Of a stretch of 56,411 nt of DNA, positions 41,601-45,121 are shown piece by piece. This stretch comes from Coriobacteriales bacterium (GTDB taxonomy: Bacteria > Actinomycetota > Coriobacteriia > Coriobacteriales > RUG844): NCBI GenBank assembly GCA_017434185.1, contig JAFRFV010000050.1, positions 1-56,411 on the forward strand. Reading direction: 5' to 3'. A program made the position numbers and the translations under genes. Numbering within the stretch: the first letter of the stretch is position 1; each line of letters starts with the position of its first letter. Below the pieces are notes generated by a model. That model worked only from the letters and a program-made list of their open reading frames with translations, ran no database searches and had not been told where the DNA came from.

Positions 41601-42290
41601 CTCGTAGGTGCCGTCCTTCACGACGATCGTGATGCTGTCCTTCTGGTACAGCGTGCTGTTGTTGGCCTTCTGCAGAGCCGCGTTCACTGCGAGCTGGATG
41701 GCGTTGTCGGTGTTTGAGTTGTTGTACAGCACCGCATCGCCGTATTCTTCGATGTAGGCGCTACCCGTGGGCACCTGGGTCGTGGCCGCATTGGCAGCGG
41801 GCTCCGCAGGGGTGCTGGGGGTGGTGCTGTTGGAGTCGGTGCTGCTGGGATTGTTGTTGCTGTTGTTGTTGTTGGAGTTCTCGTTGTTGGCGTTGTTGTT
41901 GTTCGGATCCGTGTTCTCGTTGTTGGCGTTGGAATCAGTGTTCTCGTTGTTGGCGTTGTTCGGATCCGTGTTCTCGTTGTTGTTGTTGGGATCGGTGTTC
42001 TCGTTGTCGACACCACGCGTGCCACCAACGGCGAAGACGAGGTTGGAGCCACCGTCATCGGTGGGCTCATCCTCGTTCACAACGACGTTTTCGAAGTCAT
42101 CTCCTGTGATGGGATCGTCGCCCTCATCCCCCACATCCGATTGGACCTCGAGAGGGGCATCATCACCACCACCTTCGTCCGCCAAGGCCGGAGGCGACCA
42201 AAGCGTGAGACTCAACGCCAACCACGCGATGAGCGCCATGAAGATGATGAACAGTCGCTTGTTCTGCTTGTGACCCACTGAATCAGTCAT
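17607..42290 (-). CDS. Giant 8,227-aa LPKTG-anchored filamentous surface protein (LktA/FHA-like beta-helix, RTX-like repeats, coiled-coil stalk)
   Basis: One open frame of 24,684 nt. ATG 42290 overlaps the upstream TGA (ATGACTGA) and follows a GGAAGG RBS. Signal peptide ends ALA-D. C-terminus LPKTGD, TM and RRQRA. Confidence 0.92.
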   Translation of the reverse strand: MTDSVGHKQNKRLFIIFMALIAWLALSLTLWSPPALADEGGGDDAPLEVQSDVGDEGDDPITGDDFENVVVNEDEPTDDGGSNLVFAVGGTRGVDNENTDPNNNNENTDPNNANNENTDSNANNENTDPNNNNANNENSNNNNSNNNPSSTDSNSTTPSTPAEPAANAATTQVPTGSAYIEEYGDAVLYNNSNTDNAIQLAVNAALQKANNSTLYQKDSITIVVKDGTYEGTVLIEPKVVTKNPDGSETSSAFNPFVGKDNFTIIIRSSSVVSATDDALAQGGVGANVTASFTIKELTTEISGLFFSGGSKNSVDAVYSGAASSTTKIDVTDAPSFAFNGTSGNDSVVITLTDVHKSDINLGAGDDNVDISYKEASESKAKQQIATVNGGAGDDTITLSLGTKTQASDFEFYGDAGNDSITVKSSAKSGTASNCIEIHGGAGDDLITLDSGLQYVATNTDDFIVDGGEGADRVHLTGSIYSDKDKNAYGISGDATRLVLEPNKPTTAEGSNSVVHNALILNFNDIEAYTDDLKGKKSKELELGKNGNASGTIVYAGALESFTDYIISTTGNTVIAAIFTDDSNPFLASLRLEIKDIYYVYAPQLNVIDQATTIHVGRYVYTQDNLPDAYADFDDGVDRANAAEATTVRTALQKAESAGVPEDKRQAMGIYARNIILRGFDDDTNFVIPIPVSAVVEGQDDLNLDLSCFNFVCDGNVTIETDAVIDASEFVSIEAKSEQIHGMLPIPQINFVTVKVGYSSIDVYGSIFAGAGIQMLSNGTITIACDATMVTLPVAIAVAVMDNHITLDGARIQTDGSLIMKANTSIQQLTASNTGLVPVSLALDVTVSYTDIDINDSTIVTGGTMAAKASSSLTQSGQASLTKKGESAYESGGFFVINVAVHEANARITGDTNIAAGGDVRAQASASVKTTGKAIPAKPSASTTVDANTKIKNFTVAQMTKLAPAIMSSVMTTIKPKDANGNKIQGGFDIAKDSVDKQESQEGEDGSGDSGGNENNNKSATKVFDTATSSSTPEKNNNENSSSGDNQSQDPNAQNPENQTTEATGSTIHAVGAAAITVITNSADAHIDSSGVINSDADVVLDSSATTIAVTLADATTLTKTKAVSSTSNPKVPEQASLSTTVQSTDIDKLNKDGFLVIEIYGGEYIPKGSTINIQPDSGSSFVNAGGTVSRGNDASWIISGGTTTIENVTIDMVSGIKANIAWKANRDSDKVVIVNGGKTTTTDGASSTVYEGGTVSVMGGSMLLEEGRIKLMGATLVLSGGTVYLHNNYNTTVTDGENDSEHVVSGNFNIQKVVGGDVKITTSENSLGRVERKEGKGDGATFRSITVACNSDSQILRENGQGSSSSTAELSKPGGQVTTHEAGSKLNLNQDLMVDVTAGTNFDSNKIELIELKDADRNDVTVTFNAASGESEGSSITLVRSLKATPINLSTGTFTITEAAIYHVLNGTKSTGANESSSTYESYQGTGDQKMSVYIDGTFSFVFSGGYNGKVAFDDVTFVRKGESQTGSFVLVGSDTQFKNTTLKVTNGRIMVEADGTNEVKLVRNGDKITVEGGKITIILGDLAISCDQQDSKITVRRGQVESVSRPAKQETTALGASLALVVIDHDSSAYISEDSTVNAKGLKINASTPIASSDAQAPAGFSNADNSIGGAIAIQVNGIDTSAQLESGADVTLDGGPLLAKASAKTFTKTVADCSSKANAGSDGVGVGAGLAIDVTGIDTIARIPDGTLTVLSTLDGIEIVATQSGTQMVTGKAGSAGGTSVTPALSLGVSGSTVEAYLGSGEPIEVDGDVVLKAENSMIRTYTGDAAAAGSNVGIGGTFGIVVANDLTTSRLNRSVKANSVSVTAKGVQQTTNTAKAGAAGSGGSKPASQSTDSSSSGGGGGSGGDSSSTDSGEGGSSASKGDSDAQADKAIAAGSSLGKLTGSAGLAGNSITDKTANRQQAQTTEGSVSIAAAFGLTIAYNEVKAEICDGLVIQTTGDVQVIAYSDTDSKVFSNASATKSRIGIGAAVAINVVNHETTATIGDSRIDADGNVTVLAAQIDSSKGSPMQPDLVEALRNYLNNMIDKVMNVIDYFENGTPPSLDDLNGIMKVFYGSILDRMEERWANRSDLVEAQKGPVAQAVLSQVFSMLGNSLGVASPLPAPNLSADMQKIAGDLANDVFGSLFNVNTLWNLLPDCLTEMLPTSMLTHPNKVINQAYEFLRSIFDTGSVSSSTFTTWSVAGAGASDVGVAGSVSIAVVDGDTTATIVKHEGAALGQDIHVDGVLTVAAQSSEAFDTVATAAVTGDGSAPDKNADAAGKADASTTTATSTNGSSSSSSTGVGGSSSAAPSDADKNKGVGVGAAFALVVADVNTTAKVDENRKVEVGGLDVHAISDYDAETYSVAGTDPLEDPETNKKGFSLDASLALNIIDSVAAATFESNSTLDATGASIIKDPDDEDATPQWTTDPVKVGDDYYSVAIYSKTKGTTLAKASGCACGESTAVGAAVAVNIPASDNTATFKGNGTAAGTVHLDARTHTEDEAVGTATAMGADLTRYFSKFASGIMSFEDWVNNLGTPNAPTSNPNAKKGDNATKDKADEKLDKNANTNQHADGSTETEKPKSDPGAAFSSNVMKTQNVKTEEKPPTSEGTAAVSTNTSKTDIPDAASNPNASTAPEGTTAADSSSKSVQFAAALAVNITDHKAEAKLSGTLVAGGFDVLATNNANYRAYATGVAATGDASMATVGAAVAVGVNSNKTYATIDGDANANGGDVNVVVTYTQNMDGVFAGLLGAQTIAGAASGAGSTATVAGAISVLVSNSDSVAKIAKNSVVTGGDITVKAYDKSKLAVRAGALSGSGGSTVGVGASFALIYGNDIVKAVVEDGVQLLGKSLSVDAEKAIVTFSDYAIGKDWSYLIDLKPAVKKAAVPDQNITQAKDQAILTVQPVQDGNTTTYKVDINIDTDTILGAIDLLNFLSSTNYYTEAIAGAVQTAAGQSVASVAGSFAFVFANNTIEASIGDGCRIDLDDDMTVQAASGTNARMITGSFSISQATVGVGASVNVYVDNGSTTAAVGSDSASAYSVINAGGGVSVTAHGSQPDKSWGKVYDEDGNLVDAPSVDEIPYESSNVLVIAIAPGVSSTGNVGVGAVIPVIVTDNSYIARIAKGVTVDATDDVIVYAQDDAKLLPIALSIGASEQVGVGGTIQVLVQKTKTIASIGDAALISSSNGSVRVEANSEEFLVNVLGSISASTQVGEAAVINVDVTRSQTLASIGKNAIVTAKNDISVAAESETFMVAVSTALTGSGNVAVGAVVNVFVFDRDVVARVDKGAKLTADLGDVLLFAKAKDYSVIVAVGGAASGTAAVDGTIPVIVSTNRVAAIIGEADTNDAANTAITATKGSVGVIADYDTKMYVAAGGFAGGGKAGVGAVVLTTVVDNDVLALIGYGAVVAAGGGGAGLTVPVRTGKRKGVIVSATSNETFVGVAVAGAAGGNAGVAGVVNTGVFNNTVHAIIYGGGRIDADSNDDSEGDLQTFASSDSDIYLVSGSLSAAGSVGVGASVTVLTYNKDIVASVNAYRAGEVHAHDVQVIAGDKRSPYGITNNLDESTAATDDLYIFSVSISAGGTAVGAGATVLYFEDSTTAELGGSVQASGDVIVAALNDSHLINAAGAVGASGSASVSGIVAVTYFNATPTAKAVAGAAIVAAGGVTINANSIERIDADVLGITGSGSASVSGTIAVVVTGVTTKAFIADSDEAGAKCTVTAASLSVLAKDSYTLLGIAGTAAIAGQAGVGVTAIVSVSNNSIEAYIGKDAAVTCSGDVTVDATGLRDIQMYLATLAGGQAGVGVTVLVSVVGGGLDQDSSDAILTEDRVLTCDEYQDDGKDGHKHTDDCYSDEKYHYLKPGDFWDDLNGILFPDEASKQTAAGKSVNARLGDTDFEGIFEGDGTSHVDTVDGNGFQGDPNYVEVTPGSNPKDQNLYELRDGKYVYTTDIAPVAGKKYYYCSPKAKDMIAVEDPDELDLATYYEKASDGSFHLTSDKTLKNKTYYVLDPGVDSNVAAINAVDKDGSAANLGSADVPVISGDDTARAYIASGATVTAHDITVNAKSELLLDLMAFTASGGIVGVSTTVAVGVTHANAVAYVESGSRLSATGDVKVTSWTGSSNVAAPEGSDEAARNAQYKAQLEAGSADKTKLANAGAVFNGRSVRVVGAAGAIGMVGVAPCVAVLVLDSNSYAYIAGDVDRAASVTVTAETHFPTAATATFGLAFGKVAVSASAAVIVSNGVAYSGIVGNARIQNVSGTVKVNSNTEFDATSFAASIAGGELAVNGAVAVSVDHMTVHTLVGQAVSMSDVSMLEVIADATVTAHANIIKGTVGAIAVGVGVSVAVLDPIILTYVGSTPLKEGKVTTPIAGAAGSNAKASVGALTIKNNITTHGHAFTLGISAGGVSVGANVLVVSNDSLVRAGIFGKDVVVTGATAIDSNFTAVATTQVLDVNVGAIAVGVNVYISKLSADNRAMVDTTAAQVETGSLTVSAGAETNPNITQANAVGVGSANGAIAIAVNVAYAQNKTTNNAQVLGAGKLSVRNGALTVQANGRATALASIDPGIVEISGVKINANVALAYVDSTQEARVENASISTNGGAVNVKSNFNVPTVLSSGATQYGAISLISVNGPKGKSNGDAVNSKGQKVSVTLVGITVSVGKANMDATVRAIITGATIDTQGQNGTGAVNVNTKAYSYANADAAAALVSISLVNVGVTDTRANASGTFEALLDVSGVNTVGTTSIDCTYDSNSFAGNGPAGGLAVSVVKVTVNVARSATTTVANAGLTGSGTLAVKGSLTVSATGSSTAETEGRTYKYDISGIKVAVNDAVSTQNVAQSAYSTFAGVFSSTSYLKVSSLLGTETTPINATSTVGSSAGASVGLLANVTVNTAKALSSSSNQAYITGAGRDATHYGPTGNVTVESKTYANTTATAKAGVAVSGLATTGDLESYADSNDSVIAKIESLTLEAGGYVKINGYSKANVNAITTSGGGIGGTVVEEMNACTNMGSADNQQTVSATIGDDTNISAGGNIELTAENFGATQGKVAGGTSLSASVGTVDVEFISKADFLTSAGVGEGARLNAGGDISIVADSKPEVISDAKATIIAVAVSVSKTYAQAVTTTTTNATIGKNAELFANNGVSIQARGNVEQQTITATDAVGVFSGKGEIQAHTTITRNVTASIGNGASIIADFGDISIKSIAGDLDEIVNKAYVTAAAFAGFSKARTYSTIESSATTTVGSGVTIENTFGKVDIIADSSLRYFYNYASTDARGVGADPDTKTDTDLTLKGTVTVGASTGDTTYITGRHVKLDSLSSTMKIIDSSRAYGAAAGASVNSTTQILAVIENTTKVVKSVIRGYDTVVVSSSSAPAVASVGESSSGQNLVARSYAAIYAVGEANSNAFILSKSSIKTNVNLDATTIYGADIDILSTNALKYDPDADGYKSSFLAGLYPNTKKPDSKNIAAAVDIKSSCKFYVGDAAAGIVIDIYGSASDPKVRAVGLRGERPIWSITSGEDGVVRLSDISNPIKGTLDIARNYNGTVINVPLPASQVYDQNMIPYVRINNRIGIAVELAAITVENSNYLNPTVNGKSVATANKTGEKGGANNGPVRPEVLITNHANGNAIVTDLIANPTGTVSFIWTDPEMRGDLIAKIESTLTANMGQVAPIWGNIFVVTGAQNVGGNGTDDVLNKGYRLNIFSTWADDAQPSTSVNAAGDIWMNITDVKIITLPKGSEPPAAAPRENTVLISNIVGGATTDVVINTAISVYRQANSTVIAMPTPGTLEYTVDKLAKLSTNISLDKDALATYKIGESGSESIFLLPNGTYIYTDQDGVATRIIEGGIDVTLGSFEISSQNGTLLAKLGEGVSLDLSTGKITVSEGASLEMLLSSVDGNWLKNIVTGGSRIVVYDESNPVEVSESYPEYDDYGNVVIGEDGTPSMIVITKSVPKEVELTASLLATYGSISYYQLTAVDSADGDYTLGAAFGSSAPDHPIFLISFDSSDGVVMGVWQASEKNLDIASGKDYIDYNLCSDNKDGWTYDEQGVAHLIMDEIWNTGDTIIIGFLCPSENNAEHALKRPETIEFENFLGTGYSVDVKPNYGGSTSSGTNHSYIRSIAGFYYHGFKLEAIVLQNGYYSVDEAAAANASSDLQAVYAALSGKIWKASYDSERTTLITYSQNAHSGDSINTKIWLPNAPTGNSDEEYWDSRTLRFCYKTYPDDDDDHSYTGVRAFQCAYTVTLSYIDLLPADAIVEQRVETSGSTSTYSSVLVLTPSDNSESNESKLILNGPIDGVTVKSVSLPSDTVFASSASAKTGYKITEALYVATDGTYYFREPADLGAFIEWFDRTFDADEYTTTSVSDDGTISIMEVAQRVILFRTTKDFLNSTSFTDPDVSLTKKLFAINVALLEDEYSNVNQRNEAAFNALNDSANYAQWLARMIANNVSNADKALKALDKLCDPRDVASGYLSVGGVQQAWYRPYGSTYTFDAELTTVTTPVTRGASASTVTLKTTAGSANDIYLEVLSPEVVHAVDGRYFILKTNDEDIELEDAVAMKTIFTNDQTGITTETIKVSNESGVLYLTIENSYQDGELIFVKETLKDGTVVDSDGNVIPGNPANTWTVNEQNGSTYAVSTIVGKDTKVTLMDKGYVDEIGIFQPAELTNGYPTPALVGDTITIVTHEGTNVGEYGDGLTNAPYTPDTDVSIEFETLEGDSNIITGKVNLATDGNVSLPQNLIVTQEAEYHHSATGEMSFDSITAYANSEVELYGEQGLSGDIIIGNDNASFTLGSDGDINSADHYLVVDLPQDNTLNINHANDYYLVGVEAANEAVDHPNTSGRDEDGNQVSGAHMGDMGDQTVNADIVSGDSADLASWILERIEGHDEVIAQLDDAAADPCDDYVNNNDAAGFAQWLDRQIAQGTLDDTAIADLVAALLTDADVAPIVDDTLTPEELEAANEAARAAYIESILADDAGLATWLVNHLAADDAAVKPAELSEVAAQKVDDIIAAGDADALAAWIADQKDQGAIDEALISSVITQLLTAQDLQDIEQGAWENTNYPPADGSALDNLRGMDISVLESTGSAYVQNLGDIQITQQTGTLTAGNITSEYGDVTLTNLDGGIVGAADQAVNVQGNDITMNAAGEVGPIVIETGVPHVTVIGNIQNQTQGGEPKVTYDAATDAFVTTWDVDYDQVATYDKRETASLTIEAWDDVDVTEKSGDLGVNTIFASGTAELTAASISDVRADGETEPNIEAQGVTLTATNGSIGSVDEPIMINTNGEGNTADDSVNAVARGDVNLTETYGDMRVGAIVAGGAANLVVENGDLVDVSEDELLSKLAELLEEAAIAQQQAESAQAAVELREERLQQLKDAYEAAKDATGDARLARDDAQEEADVAATAAAAAQAVADHANKQAADFNAAEQELADALKSGDSNRITAAEQALETLKQQIAAEEGLDPDQVTAESLDSIAAAATNVAQDAADANAAAQQKFSDAQKDLSDAMQAEDEAKQALDALQNEHDILEQKAQFAADQATAAAAAAAQIQQKLDALEDARDEVKDAQEAVNAANDALDDIKQQIADELGIDPDDVTDEVAAQYVTDMQDAANQAAADAAAAQDIANQAAADAAAAQNAANQAAADAAAAQNAANQAAEDAAAAQNAANQAAADAVAAKDAYDAAVAGGDPDAIAAAQAVAEQAAADATVAQNAADKAAADATVAQNAADKAAATAAVAQKDADQAAAAAAAAQKDADQAAAAAAAAQAAVEHVQQEADDLASAEQAVAQTQADLDAAKDELEQVLADTGTAEPSITTGGDLNIAANNVGSSSNPLSTDVGGQLNINGDANGNDVGGVNVQNTGDLTTGVISAGDDVTLVAGGDIQVDNGDDTVADVTGDNVTIHSTGGDVGSSNDPIVVDANTVDIVGQNVNVQGAQDLHIDNVVASDSANISANGDIADTGNGAGVVADNVNLDAGGNIGTNNNPLDVNANNVNSNSGDDTNLDLSSPNTNLVVNAGGDANIHSSGAVQGSTNSQNLNLEADGDVGSADDYFDVTVDEQTGTADVSSNFGNVYVLMHPADFELSFDLTGGTWDGKTGIVTIIAKEGTIFILPLPYREGYIFLYWLGSIYYAGDGYEVIAGHSFTAVWAKEGGNGVYDALPKTGDSAPIVVLICMIMLAAAIMTVILRRQRA
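18910..19386 (-). repeat. Coding tandem repeat with 42-bp (14-aa) period, Ala/Gln-rich, in two blocks of about 5 units
   Basis: Units start at 18910, 18952, 18994, 19036 and 19078, and at 19177, 19219, 19261, 19303 and 19345. Example unit: AADAAAAQNAANQA. Confidence 0.85.
40870..41225 (-). repeat. Five RTX-like GGxGxDx(I/V) repeats in the giant protein
   Basis: LGAGDDNV, GGAGDDTI, GDAGNDSI, GGAGDDLI and GGEGADRV. Confidence 0.7.
41848..42008 (-). repeat. Asn-rich low-complexity repeat (NENTDPN units with AAC runs) near the mature N-terminus
   Basis: GTGTTCTCGTTGT recurs at 41911, 41938, 41968 and 41995, with (GTT)n tracts in between. Confidence 0.8.
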
Positions 42291-42624
42291 GATCCACATC
42301 CTTCCCAGCACGGTCCTGTGGGGCGCGCTGTTCGGACTTACGACGATAGGAGATGCATCCGAGCGTTATCGCTACGGCGGCGACGAAGGAGATGACGCCA
42401 ACGAGCACATAGCCACCGGCGTCACTGAACAGAAGGGACGAGCCGTAGAGTTCGATGACATCGCCCGAACTCGCATGGGAGAACGAGGCGATGAGGCCGA
42501 CGATGCCCACGACCAGAGCCGCACACGCTGAGGAGAGCACGGAGATGCTGCGATTCACGGCAGCACGACGTTGCGCGTGCACGCGGGATTCGACGAGTCT
42601 GATCCTTGCATCCGTGTCCAACAT
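42283..42624 (-). CDS. 2-TM membrane protein, paralog of 44059-44466; candidate anti-sigma or co-regulator
   Basis: GGAGGT RBS. N-terminal D.RI..V..R....R helix, TM1, short loop, and TM2 GGYVLVGVISFVAAVAITL. Coupled to the giant gene. Confidence 0.75.
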   Translation of the reverse strand: MLDTDARIRLVESRVHAQRRAAVNRSISVLSSACAALVVGIVGLIASFSHASSGDVIELYGSSLLFSDAGGYVLVGVISFVAAVAITLGCISYRRKSEQRAPQDRAGKDVDHD

Positions 42625-42666
42625 GGGACGGACACCTCCCTGGGTAGAACAGTCTTACGATGCTGA

Positions 42667-42701
42667 AATACGCAGGGAGGATGGATTCCTCTCACTTTTT
42701 T
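42667..42701 (-). promoter_or_regulatory. Candidate ECF promoter (A6 tract, TGAGAG-N16-CGTATT) for the giant-protein operon
   Basis: In the 107-nt gap after prsW: -35 at 42689-42694, -10 at 42667-42672, A-tract at 42696-42701. Confidence 0.5.
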
Positions 42702-42731
42702 CCAAAAGGTTCGAGTGGGATTCGCGGACGC

Positions 42732-43385
42732 TCAATCCTGACCGATGGAGAGGGTCTGATACCGTGCGCGACGTCGCGCGAAGAGCACGACGCAGGTGAG
42801 GATGGGCGCGGCGAATGCGACATACATCGCCACTCCACCCGCCGCCAGAAGCACGTTGTAGATCTCGTGGAAGGTGATCGAGACGCATAGCATGGCGAAG
42901 CCGCCTGCGGCACGCGTCGAGATGCGTTCGGAGGTGCGCCTGAGCATCACGAGGCCGTACACCACCAGCATGACGCAGGCCAAGTGCATTGCGCCCGTGC
43001 CGAAGCCACGCAGGATGAGGAGTGGGAGGGACGCGGCGCCGTTCTCGATGAGATAGCAGACGTTCTCCAAGGTGGCGAAGCTTATGCCTATCAGAAGACC
43101 GAAGTTGATGAGCCCTTCGTCGTCTGGGTCGAACACCGAGAGTACGAAGACGATGGGGAGGAACTTGGCCGCCTCCTCGACCACAGGGGCGATCTCGGTG
43201 GCTGTGGCGGTGGCGTCGGCACCATAGACTTGGGCGAGGAAAGCACTCACATAGGCGGAGAGCAAGCAGGCGACCATACCCAGGACGACCGCGAAGATGC
43301 CCGGTCTGCGCTTGTCATCAACGAACAGGAGCAGCACCACGATGGGTGCCACCAGGCAGACGAATATGTTCTCGACGTACAGCAT
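42732..43385 (-). CDS. prsW: PrsW-family intramembrane glutamic/metalloprotease
   Basis: Motifs APVVEEAAKF (EExxK), FATLEN, GAMH and HEIYN; multiple TMs. Confidence 0.87.
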   Translation of the reverse strand: MLYVENIFVCLVAPIVVLLLFVDDKRRPGIFAVVLGMVACLLSAYVSAFLAQVYGADATATATEIAPVVEEAAKFLPIVFVLSVFDPDDEGLINFGLLIGISFATLENVCYLIENGAASLPLLILRGFGTGAMHLACVMLVVYGLVMLRRTSERISTRAAGGFAMLCVSITFHEIYNVLLAAGGVAMYVAFAAPILTCVVLFARRRARYQTLSIGQD

Positions 43386-44062
43386 CAGGCATCATCACCA
43401 CCAAGGGCGGGGGTGACGTCCAGCTTCCTGACTGCGGATGCGATCAACAGGAGTGACACGTACATGAGGATGCTGAGCAGGTAGTAGGGGTTCGTGATGT
43501 CCGAAGAACGGTTCACGATCGAGACGGACCACATGGCGTACTCGAGAACGACGAATGCCGTCGCGGCGAAGTAGAGCCTGGTATGCCTCTTGATCCCCTT
43601 CTGGGCATCCTTCTTCGCCCTGAACAGGCCCGAACAGGCGAAGAGTGCGATGCCCGCCATCGCGAAGCCCATGAGCACGTTGAACACCGGGTCTCCGGAC
43701 TCGATGATGAACCAACCCGTGAGCAGCGCGATGATTGCCGGGATGACCCAGGCACCGGGGTGTATGGCTTCGAGTCCCTCCTTGCTGTAGAGCTCGATGA
43801 CGAGCAACAGCAGGAATATCTCCTCCGCCAACCAAGCGAGTTCGGCGCCGTAGAAATACTGGGGATTGACCCCGAAGACGAGCGTGTAGAGCGCCCAATA
43901 GGTGTCACCCAGCAGAGCGACACCGAAGAAGCCACGTGCGAACAGACGGATGTCGTTGTTCTGCCAGTCACGCTTCATGAACACCAGCACCGCACAGACG
44001 ATCAGAACGACGGAGCCCAGGATGTTCACGATCTGCTCTATGTTGCTGGAGATGAAGCTCAC
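43385..44062 (-). CDS. Stand-alone 7-TM membrane protein of unknown function
   Basis: Seven hydrophobic segments by inspection. Coupled on both sides by GTGA and TGATG overlaps. Confidence 0.75.
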   Translation of the reverse strand: MSFISSNIEQIVNILGSVVLIVCAVLVFMKRDWQNNDIRLFARGFFGVALLGDTYWALYTLVFGVNPQYFYGAELAWLAEEIFLLLLVIELYSKEGLEAIHPGAWVIPAIIALLTGWFIIESGDPVFNVLMGFAMAGIALFACSGLFRAKKDAQKGIKRHTRLYFAATAFVVLEYAMWSVSIVNRSSDITNPYYLLSILMYVSLLLIASAVRKLDVTPALGGDDA

Positions 44063-44466
44063 CTGGACGCACTCCCGTCGTGGTCGCCGTTGGGCTTGCC
44101 GGGAGCATTGGATTTCGTATCGTCGCTGATGGCGCCGGCGTATCCATCCTCCTTCATGCGCTCTTTGACCCTCATGCAGAGCAGCGTCACACCCACGCCC
44201 AGGCAGAACGCCAGGATGCCGATGACGACGAACCCCAGCATGCCACCCGAAGCCACGATCGAGCCGTACATTCCCGTTGGCCCCGATGGTGTGGCTGGGG
44301 CGGCGTTCATGACACCGGGGATGTAGGCGGCGAAGCCGACGATGATGGCGAGCGAAGCAGCGACACCAAGCCCCGACACCAGCATACTGTTGCGCTGGCG
44401 CCGGTTGCGCTGCAATTCGCGCGTACGCATCTGTACCGCAGCGAGTCTCTCATCAGTCGAACGCAT
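44059..44466 (-). CDS. 2-TM membrane protein directly after ECF sigma no. 2; candidate anti-sigma
   Basis: MRSTDERLAAVQMRTRELQR, TM1, loop, and TM2 LGFVVIGILAFCLGVGVTLL. Overlaps the sigma stop. Confidence 0.75.
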   Translation of the reverse strand: MRSTDERLAAVQMRTRELQRNRRQRNSMLVSGLGVAASLAIIVGFAAYIPGVMNAAPATPSGPTGMYGSIVASGGMLGFVVIGILAFCLGVGVTLLCMRVKERMKEDGYAGAISDDTKSNAPGKPNGDHDGSASR

Positions 44467-44998
44467 CCGTCACACCCTTCTTCACCAAGAGCGGTTTCAT
44501 CGCCACCTTACCGCGCGCGATCAGGTTGTCCACCTGTTTGCGCGACTTGCCCATCACTTCCGCGGCCCGCTCGTAGGACATGCCCTCAATATACACGAGA
44601 TAGAGCGCCTCGCGATAGTCCGCGGGGAGCTCGTCCAAACAGTCGCGCACGATGCGCGATACATCGGTCGAGAAGACCGTGGTCTCCACGCGGCGCTCAT
44701 CCTCCGGCTCGAGCTCGAGCAACTCGAAACTGAGGGTACGCCTGCTCCGCTCCAGATGGCGCAGAGCCAGGTTGCGTGCGGTCTTGTACAGGTACGGACG
44801 GAACCCACCCGCAACGAGCCGCGGACGCTTGGCGATGACACGCGAGAAGGACTCGATCATGAGGTCTTCGGATTCGTGGATGTCATGGAGGTACCCGTTG
44901 ATATACAGGGTGAGACTGTCACCATAGCGGTCCATGAGCACCCTCAGACCCGACTCGTCTCCTAAGAGGAAGCCGTTGAAACAGCGCTCATCATTCAT
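44453..44998 (-). CDS. ECF sigma-70 factor (no. 2)
   Basis: SEDLMIESF, FRPYLYKTARNLAL, and region 4 LPADYREALYLVYIEGMSYERAAEVMG. Start codon uncertain (44998 or 45013). TATAAT lies at 45049-45054 on the minus strand. Confidence 0.92.
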   Translation of the reverse strand: MNDERCFNGFLLGDESGLRVLMDRYGDSLTLYINGYLHDIHESEDLMIESFSRVIAKRPRLVAGGFRPYLYKTARNLALRHLERSRRTLSFELLELEPEDERRVETTVFSTDVSRIVRDCLDELPADYREALYLVYIEGMSYERAAEVMGKSRKQVDNLIARGKVAMKPLLVKKGVTDAFD

Positions 44999-45121
44999 GC
45001 CGTCGCGCATCATCACCCCGGGGGAATCGACGTTTGGAACCATCTGCGATTATACGCGATGCCCCTTCATGGGGATACGGTCGCACGGTCGACCGGAGTG
45101 GCAGGCGAGAGCCCGTGCGAA

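Noticed and set aside
17433-41717. Very long plus-strand ORFs (17433-23549, 25311-31703, 37413-41717 and others) opposite the giant gene
   Set aside because: These are antisense shadows of a repetitive, GC3-biased gene. The translations are His/Arg/Gly/Val-rich with no motifs and no RBS.
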